In this document: positions 12,285-20,959 of the stretch, piece after piece | Numbering within the stretch: the first letter of the stretch is position 1 | Layout of the letters: each line of letters begins with the position of its first letter | Notes under the pieces: model-generated | The model's database searches: none | Told to the model about the DNA's origin: nothing | What the model saw: the letters and a program-made list of their open reading frames with translations, nothing else | Assembly: GCA_964638835.1 (NCBI GenBank) | Contig: CAZWZB010000033.1 | Coordinates: forward strand, 1-33,990 | Origin: an uncultured Eubacteriales bacterium | GTDB taxonomy: Bacteria; Bacillota; Clostridia; Lachnospirales; CAZQDT01 | DNA: 33,990 nt | Direction: 5' to 3' | Position numbers and translations under genes: made by a program

Positions 12285-12325
12285 TAAATTTAGTAAAAAA
12301 ATTTTTTGTTTTACTAAATTTATTG
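12282..12325. promoter_or_regulatory. Perfect 17-bp AT-rich inverted repeat (candidate operator)
   Basis: caataaatttagtaaaa - 10 nt - ttttactaaatttattg; the left arm overlaps the -35 of the candidate transporter promoter. Confidence 0.35.
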
Positions 12326-12429
12326 TAGCTTTTGATTAATAACGAAAGTTAGTTGTTTATTAAGTATAATATGTTTTATATATTATACTATATAAAAACA
12401 TAAGAAATTTATATAATAATATTTTGAAA

Positions 12430-12456
12430 GGGGTGTGCTTTGCACACCCCTTTTGT
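12430..12456 (+). terminator. GC-rich rho-independent terminator on + strand with no annotated gene upstream
   Basis: ggggtgtgc-ttt-gcacacccc followed by ttttg; stands out sharply in roughly 85% AT surroundings. Confidence 0.55.
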
Positions 12457-12692
12457 TATCTCCAAAGTATTTTTCAAACACTCCTAATTGAAGTTTAATT
12501 CTCGTAGACGTATTTAAAGATTTTTGGCCATTTTAATAATTCATTAATTCATTTTTGCCTCTATTATAGTGATTGAAGTTATACATAAATTTAATTTTCC
12601 TTTACACTATTTTTTTAAAAAGTTCACTATCTTTTATATATATTATTAATTTATCCTTGAATTTACTATATTTATTTACATTATCAACAATC

Positions 12693-12733
12693 AAAATCTC
12701 TTTACACTTGCAACGCAAGTGTAAAGAGATTTT
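12693..12733. terminator. Bidirectional terminator (19-bp perfect palindrome)
   Basis: aaaatctctttacacttgc-aac-gcaagtgtaaagagatttt; A-tract and T-tract form the base of the stem, so it is symmetric for both strands. Confidence 0.6.
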
Positions 12734-12807
12734 GAAGACTTAATTTTGAGTGTATATAAAATAAGTAAGGGTATTAATTAAAGAATAATAACATTATAAT
12801 TTAATGC

Positions 12808-12839
12808 AAAAAGAAAAGGAACAGATTTTATCTGTTCCT
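12808..12839 (-). terminator. Rho-independent terminator for the capD-like gene
   Basis: Minus strand: aggaacagat-aaa-atctgttcct followed by tttcttttt; about 90 nt downstream of the stop at 12929. Confidence 0.6.
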
Positions 12840-12928
12840 TACATAAATTGATTATAAGAACGCTGAAAGCGTTATAACCACTCCATAATAAAATGCATTA
12901 AATTAAACTCTCAAATAAAACTTGAGAG

Positions 12929-14776
12929 TTATTGTTTTTTGTAGGTTGATACTACTTTTTGTAAAGCTTCGATAATATCTTCATCAGTTTTTGTTAATGC
13001 TTCCTGTAATATAGAAAACTTTTGATGTAACTCTTCTAAAGTTATATTCATAGGTTTTGCTATATGAATTTTACTTATATCAGTTTTACTTATTCCTTCT
13101 TCAGCCATAAGCAATTCCTCATATAACTTTTCACCAGGTCTTAAACCTGTATATACTATTTTAATATCTTCATCAGGTTCAAAACCAGATAGTTTTATTA
13201 AATCTCTTGCAAGCTTATCAATTTTAACTTGCTCACCCATATCTAATACAAATATTTCTCCGCCTTTAGCTATTGAGCCAGCTTTAAGAACTAAATATAC
13301 TGCTTCAGATATTGTCATAAAATATCTTATAATATCAGGATGTGTTACTCTAACAGGTCCACCTTCTGCTATTTGTTTTTTGAACACAGGTATAACACTA
13401 CCATTACTACCTAGTACATTACCAAATCTAACTGCTACAAAGTTAGTATTTGAATTTTTAGCATATGCTTGAACTATCATTTCACATACTCTTTTTGTAG
13501 CACCCATTACATTCGTTGGGTTTACTGCTTTGTCCGTAGATATTTGTATAAATCTTTCTACATGATATTTGTCAGATGCTAAAACTACATTAAATGTACC
13601 AAAAATATTATTTTTTATAGCTTCTTTAGGGCTATCTTCCATTAAAGGAACATGTTTATGAGCTGCAGCATGAAATACTATATTAGGTTTATATTTTTCA
13701 AATATACTAAAAATAGTTTCTCTTTCACGTATAGAAGCTATAAGACATTTTAAATTTAATGAGGGATATTTTAAAAGTAATTCATTTTGTATATCATATA
13801 CATTATTTTCGTATATTTCTATAATAATTAAAAGTTTAGGATTATAAGATGCTATTTGTCTACATAATTCTGAACCTATGGAACCTCCACCACCAGTAAC
13901 TAAAATAATTTTATCTTTAATATACTTAACTATTTCATCAGTATTTAAAATTATCTCATCTCTACCAAGCAAGTCTTCTATATCAACATCTCTCATTTTT
14001 TTTACTAATACATCGCTAACATTTCCTTTTAAGTCTTGTATTTGATTTACAAAGGGTAATATTTTAATTTGACATTTTGTTTTTTTACATTCATCTACTA
14101 TATGATTAAGAGCATCTTTTTTTATGGAAGGAATAGCTATAATAATTTGGTCTATTCGTTTTGATTTAACAAAGTAAGTGATTGTACTAGTTGTACCTAC
14201 TATTGGAACACCATTAAGCTTACGACCTCTTTTATCAGTATTATCATCAATAATACATATAGGTATAAGTCCACGTTTAGGGTGATTGCGTAGCTCTTGT
14301 ATAAGTAAGCCTCCCGCTTCTCCGCCTCCTATTATCATAACTCTTACAGTTTTAGTATTAAAATAAAATGAAAAATCTTTATTGGTAAACCGATTAAAAA
14401 TTCTTTTAGAAAATCTGCTACCCATAATAAACATAAAATCTGCAAGTGTAGCAATTAAATATATTGAGCGTGGTACTTGAGTAAGTTGCAATAGATATAT
14501 AAAAACTATAATTATACCATTAGCAACACAAACTGACATAAATATAGTTATAATATCATCCAATCCAGCATACTTCCATATAGGTTTATATAATCCCATT
14601 GCATAAAATACAATTAGTTTATTAAGTGTAACGAAAAATGCCATATTCATATAAATTTCAATTTGACTTAAAGGAAGAGATTTACCAAACCTCATAAAAT
14701 AAGAAATTAAAACAGATATGTTAATTAAAATAATATCAATAAATATCATACTAAATATTCTTTTGTTTAATTTCAC
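12929..14776 (-). CDS. Polysaccharide biosynthesis protein, CapD/PglF/WbpM-type membrane-anchored NDP-sugar 4,6-dehydratase/epimerase
   Basis: 615 aa; N-terminal 4 TM segments; Rossmann motifs VTGGGGSIGSEL and IIGGGEAGG; typical C-terminal short-chain dehydrogenase/epimerase region. Apparent GTG start with a distant SD (see findings). Confidence 0.85.
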   Translation of the reverse strand: MKLNKRIFSMIFIDIILINISVLISYFMRFGKSLPLSQIEIYMNMAFFVTLNKLIVFYAMGLYKPIWKYAGLDDIITIFMSVCVANGIIIVFIYLLQLTQVPRSIYLIATLADFMFIMGSRFSKRIFNRFTNKDFSFYFNTKTVRVMIIGGGEAGGLLIQELRNHPKRGLIPICIIDDNTDKRGRKLNGVPIVGTTSTITYFVKSKRIDQIIIAIPSIKKDALNHIVDECKKTKCQIKILPFVNQIQDLKGNVSDVLVKKMRDVDIEDLLGRDEIILNTDEIVKYIKDKIILVTGGGGSIGSELCRQIASYNPKLLIIIEIYENNVYDIQNELLLKYPSLNLKCLIASIRERETIFSIFEKYKPNIVFHAAAHKHVPLMEDSPKEAIKNNIFGTFNVVLASDKYHVERFIQISTDKAVNPTNVMGATKRVCEMIVQAYAKNSNTNFVAVRFGNVLGSNGSVIPVFKKQIAEGGPVRVTHPDIIRYFMTISEAVYLVLKAGSIAKGGEIFVLDMGEQVKIDKLARDLIKLSGFEPDEDIKIVYTGLRPGEKLYEELLMAEEGISKTDISKIHIAKPMNITLEELHQKFSILQEALTKTDEDIIEALQKVVSTYKKQ

Positions 14777-14987
14777 AGTATAAAAATAGCTATCAAATTT
14801 GATAGCTTCTCCTTTCTAATTTGTATAGTTGATATTATAATATAAAATATATAAAATAGTCAATTATTCGCATTTGAACTTGGATAATAAACAAATTTAA
14901 TAAATGTTGTTTATTATAGTTTGGTTACTTAAAATTATAAATATAATTATTAAAATCATATAATAAAAAGAGTATAGGAAAGTATTC

Positions 14988-16394
14988 CTATACTCTTTTT
15001 GCATATCTTCTTCTTTTTATCCTCATTCTTCTTCTTTTCTTTATTAAATATCCTCTTAAAATTCCTAAACCCATAATACTAGATATAGCAACTATTAAAG
15101 CAAAAAATATTGTCTTAATAAAATTAATAATGTTTCTTTGGGTATTTCGTTTACCAGCTTTTTTATAATCAACAATATTTTCATTTAAATCTATCTTCAT
15201 ATTATTAGAAGCTTTGATTTCCTGTTTTAAAACTACTTCATCTCCAACTTTATATGACACAGTACCAATAGTCTGTCCTAATATAATTGGTAGTTTTAAT
15301 TTTGGTGGTTGATTTTCTGAAGATATATTAGAATTTTCATAAAAATTTAGTTCTTTTACCATTGGCTCATTAGCTAAAATATAACCGGTTAAATCTTCAT
15401 CAGCAAATATTTGTATTTTTTGATTTAATTTAAAACTATTATCTCTGATTGTAACAGTATCTAAAATATCACCTTTTTTATGAACAGAATCTATTTTAAA
15501 ATTATTAAATCCATATTCAAATAATGCTTTAGCATCCATCCATCTTTCAGGGTCTGTTGAATTTAATATAATTGCTATAAGTTGTACACCATCTTTTTCT
15601 GCTGAAGCTATAAGACATCTACCAGCTTCTCCAGTATATCCAGTCTTTACACCTGTAGCATATTCATATTTATATGTAGAACTACTAATTAAGTTATTGG
15701 AGTTTGCCCAATTATATGTAACAATTTTCTTACCACTATACATTTCTCTATCTGCACCATCACCTTTAAAGTTTTTAAGTTTAACAATGTCACTAAGTAA
15801 ATTATTCCTTAAAAATACTTGTGTTATAATGGATAAATCTCTTGCTGTAGTATAATGATTATCATTATGATAACCATGTGGATTTACAAAATTTGAATTT
15901 AATGCACCTAATTCTTTAGCTTTTTCATTCATAAGTGTTGCAAATTTCTTTTCAGCTTCACTATAACTAATATTAGTTAACTTTTCTTTTTTTTGTAATA
16001 CATTTAATGCTAATGTACATGCAACATCATTTCCAGAAGACAATAATAATCCTTTTAAAGCAGTTTCTATTGTTAATGTTTGACCGGGAGCAATACCTAT
16101 TGCTGTACTTGAATTTGGAGGTAAGTTTTTTGCATCAACTTCTTCTCCTGTTAAAATTACTTCATCTGGAGCAAAATAATCTAAAGTGACTAAAGCTGTA
16201 ATTAATTTAGTAGTACTTGCAGGATATAATCTTTTATCAGGATTCCTTGAAAATACTATAGAATTAGTGCTTGGTTCCAATAATAATATACCCTCCCCTA
16301 TTACTTGAGGAGGTATAACTTCTGCAAATATAGTTGAATTTATTAATAAAATAATAGTAATAGTAATTATTATTTTTCTATATAGAAATTTCAT
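14988..16394 (-). CDS. D-alanyl-D-alanine carboxypeptidase (S11 peptidase, PBP5/DacB-like) with C-terminal TM and basic tail
   Basis: Signal peptide; SxxK (ASTTK), SxN (SGND), KTG (VKTGYTG) motifs; C-terminal PBP5-C like domain, then TM and KKRRRMRIKRRRYAKRV tail. Confidence 0.85.
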   Translation of the reverse strand: MKFLYRKIIITITIILLINSTIFAEVIPPQVIGEGILLLEPSTNSIVFSRNPDKRLYPASTTKLITALVTLDYFAPDEVILTGEEVDAKNLPPNSSTAIGIAPGQTLTIETALKGLLLSSGNDVACTLALNVLQKKEKLTNISYSEAEKKFATLMNEKAKELGALNSNFVNPHGYHNDNHYTTARDLSIITQVFLRNNLLSDIVKLKNFKGDGADREMYSGKKIVTYNWANSNNLISSSTYKYEYATGVKTGYTGEAGRCLIASAEKDGVQLIAIILNSTDPERWMDAKALFEYGFNNFKIDSVHKKGDILDTVTIRDNSFKLNQKIQIFADEDLTGYILANEPMVKELNFYENSNISSENQPPKLKLPIILGQTIGTVSYKVGDEVVLKQEIKASNNMKIDLNENIVDYKKAGKRNTQRNIINFIKTIFFALIVAISSIMGLGILRGYLIKKRRRMRIKRRRYAKRV

Positions 16395-16409
16395 TATTTA
16401 TCATACCTT

Positions 16410-17471
16410 TTATATATTTTTTGCACCACACTCAGGACAAAACTTTATATTTGATTCTAGTTTAGTGCCACATTCACCACAAAATTTTGATATTGATTCT
16501 AATTTTTCCCCACATTCAGGGCAGAATTTTACTGATTTATTTATTGTTGCATTACATTTATTACATATTGTTTGATTTGGATTTGATTGCTGTTGTTGTG
16601 TTGGGGTTGATTGTTGTGAGTTCATATTGTTAAACATTTGGTTCATTATATTTAAACCAGCAGCCATACCCATACCAGTAGTCATTGCTTGCCCCATTTC
16701 AGAATTATTACCTTTAGTTTGGCTTTGAGTGTAAGCATCAACCATACCAATTTTTTGATATTTATCAACATCCCCTACCATATCATAAGAAGCATTCTTT
16801 TCAATCATTTTTTGAATTTCTTCCGGATAATTAAAACTAGCTATTGCAAAATCAGTTATTGTTAAACCAATTTTAATTAATTCCATATCTAAATCAGTTT
16901 TTATACCTTTAGCTATTTCTATTGCATTAGCTTGAAGGTTAAACATATCTTTACCTTCTTTAATTATCCATCTCATTAATAATTGGTCAAGGTTACTTAA
17001 AACACGTTCTTTTACATCTGAAACTTCATATCTTTGTTTTACCCCTGCTATTTTATCTATAAGTACTAGATAATCATCAACTTTAATACTAAAAGTACCA
17101 AAACCTCTAATAGGTATTCCACCTGGTAGTTTATTTGATGGTATATTTATAGGAGTTTTAGTTCCCCATTTAACAGTAATTTCTTTTGTATTTACAAATA
17201 AAACTTCTGCTCTAAGACCTGATTTAAAACCAAATTTAAACCCTTTTAAAGTACTAAGAAATGGTATAATATCAGATTCTATTTCAAAATTTCCTTCATC
17301 TTTAAATATTCCTTCTATTCTTCCATTATATAAAAATATAGCATCTTGACCAGGCTTAATTATTAAACGACTACTTTTTTTTAGTTCTTTATTACTCCAT
17401 TTCCAAAATATCATTTCGTCATTAAATTCATCCCATTCAACAATACTTGCTAATTGGTCAAAAATTCCCAT
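16410..17471 (-). CDS. SPFH/band-7 domain protein (YdjI-like, PspA-associated) fused to a C-terminal triple zinc-ribbon
   Basis: N-terminus MGIFDQ...EWDEF typical of the YdjI / 'virion core protein' SPFH family. Q/N-rich linker, then three CxxC...CxxC ribbons (CNKCN..CPECG, CGECG, CPECG). True start is the second ATG (17471), 6 nt after SD aaggaga; the ORF-track start at 17477 has zero spacing. Confidence 0.8.
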   Translation of the reverse strand: MGIFDQLASIVEWDEFNDEMIFWKWSNKELKKSSRLIIKPGQDAIFLYNGRIEGIFKDEGNFEIESDIIPFLSTLKGFKFGFKSGLRAEVLFVNTKEITVKWGTKTPINIPSNKLPGGIPIRGFGTFSIKVDDYLVLIDKIAGVKQRYEVSDVKERVLSNLDQLLMRWIIKEGKDMFNLQANAIEIAKGIKTDLDMELIKIGLTITDFAIASFNYPEEIQKMIEKNASYDMVGDVDKYQKIGMVDAYTQSQTKGNNSEMGQAMTTGMGMAAGLNIMNQMFNNMNSQQSTPTQQQQSNPNQTICNKCNATINKSVKFCPECGEKLESISKFCGECGTKLESNIKFCPECGAKNI

Positions 17472-17498
17472 ATGCATTCTCCTTATATATTTTTATAC

Positions 17499-18176
17499 TT
17501 AATCTTGCTTATTCATTTGCCTTTTTAAAGCTGCAAGTTCATCTTCAATATCATCTGAAGGATTATCATACTTTTTCATAACATCTTCAATAGAATCAGA
17601 ACCTTTATTAAGCTCAGCTAAAGCATTTGCCTCATCAAGTCTTTTGTTAGCTTTTTCTTCCATTCTATCAAAAGCACTCATTGAATTATTAGCTTTATCC
17701 ATACTTGAACCTAATTTATTTACTTTTTCTTGGGTTTTAGCAACTGCTATAGTAGCTTTTATATTATCTTTTTTCATATTAAATTCATTAATTTGAGTTA
17801 CTAATTTATCGTGCATTTCTTTCATTTTTTGAGCATTATCACTAGATAAATCATATGCTTGTTGTAATGTAGATTGTTTTGATACAAGTTGAGATTTTTT
17901 TGTAAGAAATTGCTTTGCATCATCATCATTACCTTTTTCAACTGCTTTCATAGCATAATCTTGCATTTTTTTTATTTCTGCATTACATTCATCTAAATTT
18001 CTTTTGGCTTTTTGTTGTTCAGCCATAACGCCAGCTGTTTCTGCTTTAACTTTACCTAAATCTTCATTTAAATCTCTTAATATCTGGTCAACCATTTTAG
18101 CAGGGTCTTCTGCTTTATCAAGTAATGCATTAAAATTTGATGCCATTATGTCCTTAAATCTTTTCAAAATAGACAC
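17499..18176 (-). CDS. pspA: PspA/IM30 (phage shock protein A, ESCRT-III-like) family protein
   Basis: 225 aa all coiled-coil; N-terminus MSILKRFKDIMASNFNALLDKAEDPAKMVDQ matches PspA/LiaH; GTG start with SD aaggagtgg. Confidence 0.85.
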   Translation of the reverse strand: MSILKRFKDIMASNFNALLDKAEDPAKMVDQILRDLNEDLGKVKAETAGVMAEQQKAKRNLDECNAEIKKMQDYAMKAVEKGNDDDAKQFLTKKSQLVSKQSTLQQAYDLSSDNAQKMKEMHDKLVTQINEFNMKKDNIKATIAVAKTQEKVNKLGSSMDKANNSMSAFDRMEEKANKRLDEANALAELNKGSDSIEDVMKKYDNPSDDIEDELAALKRQMNKQD

Positions 18177-18239
18177 TTTACCACTCCTTAAATAAAATAT
18201 AAAACTTAACTTGAGGCTTTATTTGTCAAGTTAAGTTTA

Positions 18240-18268
18240 ATTATATATAATTTTTATAAAAAACACAA
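18240..18268 (-). promoter_or_regulatory. Candidate sigma-A promoter of the pspA operon
   Basis: Minus strand: TTGTGT - 17 nt - TATAAT. The predicted +1 lies at the base of a 12-bp 5'-UTR hairpin (18203-18237, aacttaacttga/tcaagttaagtt) about 20 nt before the SD. Confidence 0.45.
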
Positions 18269-18369
18269 TAATTATTTATAAATATATGAGTAAAATAAAA
18301 AATATATGTTACTCTTTTAATTCTTTATAATTAGTAAATAATTTCTCAGTGCTTTTTTATTTTTTCATT

Positions 18370-18423
18370 AACGATTAAAGTTGTGTCGCACTTTAAATAA
18401 AGTGCGACATAACTTTAATCGTT
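18370..18423. promoter_or_regulatory. 24-bp near-perfect inverted repeat (one G-T position) with 6-nt loop in the pspA/recD2 divergent intergenic region
   Basis: aacgattaaagttgtgtcgcactt-taaata-aagtgcgacataactttaatcgtt; GC-containing core tgtcgcac / gtgcgaca. Confidence 0.4.
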
Positions 18424-18584
18424 GATTTAATTATATAAAAATAAATTCTTTTATACTTATTTGAATTTATTAGAAATTTATATTATACTAAATTTATTTA
18501 TAATTTAATGAAGTATTTTTAACTTTATTAACTATAACAAAAAAATTTAATAAATATAAAATATTAATAATAGGGTGTGAAAAT

Positions 18585-20816
18585 GTGGAAGCAAAGCAAA
18601 CTATAGAAGGAGTTGTAGAATCTATTAGATTTTATAATTCAGATAATGGATATACTGTATTTACATTATTAGCAGAAGATGATGAAATAACTTGTGTGGG
18701 AAATATATTAGAATTAAAAGAAGGTGAAAATCTTAATCTAACTGGTAACTGGATAGTTCATCCTACTTATGGAGAGCAGTTTGAAATATTAGCATATGAA
18801 AAATCTATGCCTAAAACTGAACAAGATATAGAAAGATATCTAGCATCAGGAATAATAAAGGGAATTGGTGATAAAACAGCAAAAAAAATTGTTAATAAGT
18901 TTGGAGAAAATACGTTTAAAATTATAGAAGAAGAACCTCAAAGATTAACTGAAATAAGTGGTATATCAGAAAAAAAAGCTCAACTTATAAGTGAATCTTT
19001 TCATGAACAAAAAGAGTTAAGAAATATTGTAATAAGTTTACAACAATATGGAATAACACCTACATATGCTATTAAGATATATAAAAAATATAAAAGTGAA
19101 AGTGTAAATGTATTAAGAGCAAATCCATATAAGTTAGCAGATGATGTTTTTGGTATAGGTTTTAAAAAAGCAGATGAAATAGCAAAGAATATGGGTATAC
19201 AAAATTCTTCACCTAATAGAATAAAATCTGGTATTAAATATGTTCTAAAACAAGCTTCTAACGATGGTAATGTATATCTTCCTAAAGATATGTTGGTAGA
19301 TATTTCAGCTGAATTATTAATTGTAGCTTCTGAATTAATTGAAAATATGTTAATAGAATTATTAGTAGAAAAACAAATATATCAAGATTTACTTGAAGAA
19401 AAAGAAATAATTTATTTATCTGTATTTTATTATACTGAAATTGCAGTTGCCAAAAAGCTTTTAGAAATTAATAGCGTGTTTGATAATAATACAAATACTC
19501 TTTTAAATAAAAAAATCCAAACCATAGAAGAAGAACAAGATATTAATTTAGCTTTTAACCAAAAACAAGCAGTAAAAGAAGCAATGGTAAATGGAGTATT
19601 AGTTATAACGGGAGGACCTGGAACAGGAAAAACAACAACTATAAATACAATAATTGATATATTAGAAAATGAAGGAAATGAGATAATATTAACAGCACCA
19701 ACAGGAAGAGCAGCAAAACGTATGACAGAAGCAACTGGCAGAGAAGCACAAACAATACATAGGTTATTAGAATTAAGTTTTTTGCAAGAAGATAGTATAA
19801 GGCAAGTATTTCAAAAGAATGAAGATAACCCAATAGAAGCTGATGTAATCATAATAGATGAAGTATCTATGATTGATATTTTACTTATGAATAATTTATT
19901 AAAAGCAATTACACCTGGAACAAGATTAATTTTAGTTGGAGATGCTGACCAATTACCTTCTGTTGGTCCAGGTAATGTACTCAATGATATAATAAAGAGT
20001 GATTGTATAAAAGTAGTAAGATTAAATGAAATATTTAGACAAGAAGGCGAAAGTGCTATAATAGTAAATGCACATAGAATAAATCGAGGTGAATATCCAA
20101 TATTAAACGAAAAAGATAAAGATTTTTTCTTTGTAAATAGAAATACATCAGAAAGTGCAATTTCTACTATTATAGAATTAATAATAAACAGAATTCCTAA
20201 TTATATTGATGTTAATAAAGAAAAAGATATACAAGTTTTAACACCTATGAGAAAAAATTTATTAGGAGTAAATGAACTTAATAAATTATTACAAAAAACT
20301 TTAAATCCACCTAACAAAGATAAAAAAGAAAAAGAATTTAGAAATGTAATATATAGAGAAAATGATAAAGTAATGCAAATAAAGAATAATTATAATTTAT
20401 CATGGATTATTTTAGACTCACAATATAAAAAAATAGATGAAGGGGTTGGGGTGTTTAATGGTGATGTGGGTGTTATAATAAGTATAAATCATTTAGGTAT
20501 AACAGTATTATTTGATGATAATAAAGTAGTTGTCTATGATAGTAGCCAACTTGATGAATTAGAATTAGCATATGCTGTAACAATACATAAGTCACAAGGA
20601 AGTGAATATCCTGTAGTTATAATTCCTATATTATCAGGACCTCCTATGCTTATGAGTAGAAATTTATTATATACTGCTGTAACAAGAGCAAAAAAACTTG
20701 TAATAATAGTAGGTGTTCAAGAAATGGTAAATAGAATGATAGATAATAATAGGGAAATAAATAGATATTCTTCATTAAGTTATAGATTAAAATATTTTTC
20801 ACATAAAATATTTTAG
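18585..20816 (+). CDS. recD2: ATP-dependent RecD-like DNA helicase (RecD2, SF1B)
   Basis: 743 aa; N-terminal OB/HhH region; Walker A GGPGTGKTT; DEVSM Walker B; conserved C-terminal SF1B motifs (YAVTIHKSQGSEYP). GTG start at 18585 (the ATG at 18583 is out of frame). Confidence 0.9.
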   Translation: MEAKQTIEGVVESIRFYNSDNGYTVFTLLAEDDEITCVGNILELKEGENLNLTGNWIVHPTYGEQFEILAYEKSMPKTEQDIERYLASGIIKGIGDKTAKKIVNKFGENTFKIIEEEPQRLTEISGISEKKAQLISESFHEQKELRNIVISLQQYGITPTYAIKIYKKYKSESVNVLRANPYKLADDVFGIGFKKADEIAKNMGIQNSSPNRIKSGIKYVLKQASNDGNVYLPKDMLVDISAELLIVASELIENMLIELLVEKQIYQDLLEEKEIIYLSVFYYTEIAVAKKLLEINSVFDNNTNTLLNKKIQTIEEEQDINLAFNQKQAVKEAMVNGVLVITGGPGTGKTTTINTIIDILENEGNEIILTAPTGRAAKRMTEATGREAQTIHRLLELSFLQEDSIRQVFQKNEDNPIEADVIIIDEVSMIDILLMNNLLKAITPGTRLILVGDADQLPSVGPGNVLNDIIKSDCIKVVRLNEIFRQEGESAIIVNAHRINRGEYPILNEKDKDFFFVNRNTSESAISTIIELIINRIPNYIDVNKEKDIQVLTPMRKNLLGVNELNKLLQKTLNPPNKDKKEKEFRNVIYRENDKVMQIKNNYNLSWIILDSQYKKIDEGVGVFNGDVGVIISINHLGITVLFDDNKVVVYDSSQLDELELAYAVTIHKSQGSEYPVVIIPILSGPPMLMSRNLLYTAVTRAKKLVIIVGVQEMVNRMIDNNREINRYSSLSYRLKYFSHKIF

Positions 20817-20959
20817 CTTAAATTCATAATCCAATTTGGTAATTATTGATTTACTGTTTTCAATTTTCATATTATTTTAATAATTGGTTGTTGAAATAAG
20901 TAATTATATATGATATAATAATATTTACAAAAAATAGCTTTAATATTAGAGGTGACATA

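Noticed and set aside
12906-12940. Hairpin aactctcaa/ttgagagtt with T-run on the + strand overlapping the capD-like stop codon
   Set aside because: Its T-tract lies inside the capD coding sequence, and there is no + strand transcript to terminate. The better minus-strand terminator is at 12808-12839.
16007-16189. 60-aa ORF antisense inside the DD-carboxypeptidase gene, and a 63-aa ORF (18004-18195) antisense to pspA
   Set aside because: Antisense, low-complexity (Leu/Lys-rich from AT-rich codons), no SD.
19639-19833. 64-aa antisense ORF in recD2; 66-aa (22366-22566) antisense to flgM/flgN; 69-aa (26733-26942) antisense in flgL; 64-aa (29953-30147) antisense in the MCP gene; 85-aa (32462-32719) antisense in thiI
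   Set aside because: All lie inside confidently identified genes on the opposite strand and have hydrophobic, low-complexity translations characteristic of chance ORFs in AT-rich DNA.
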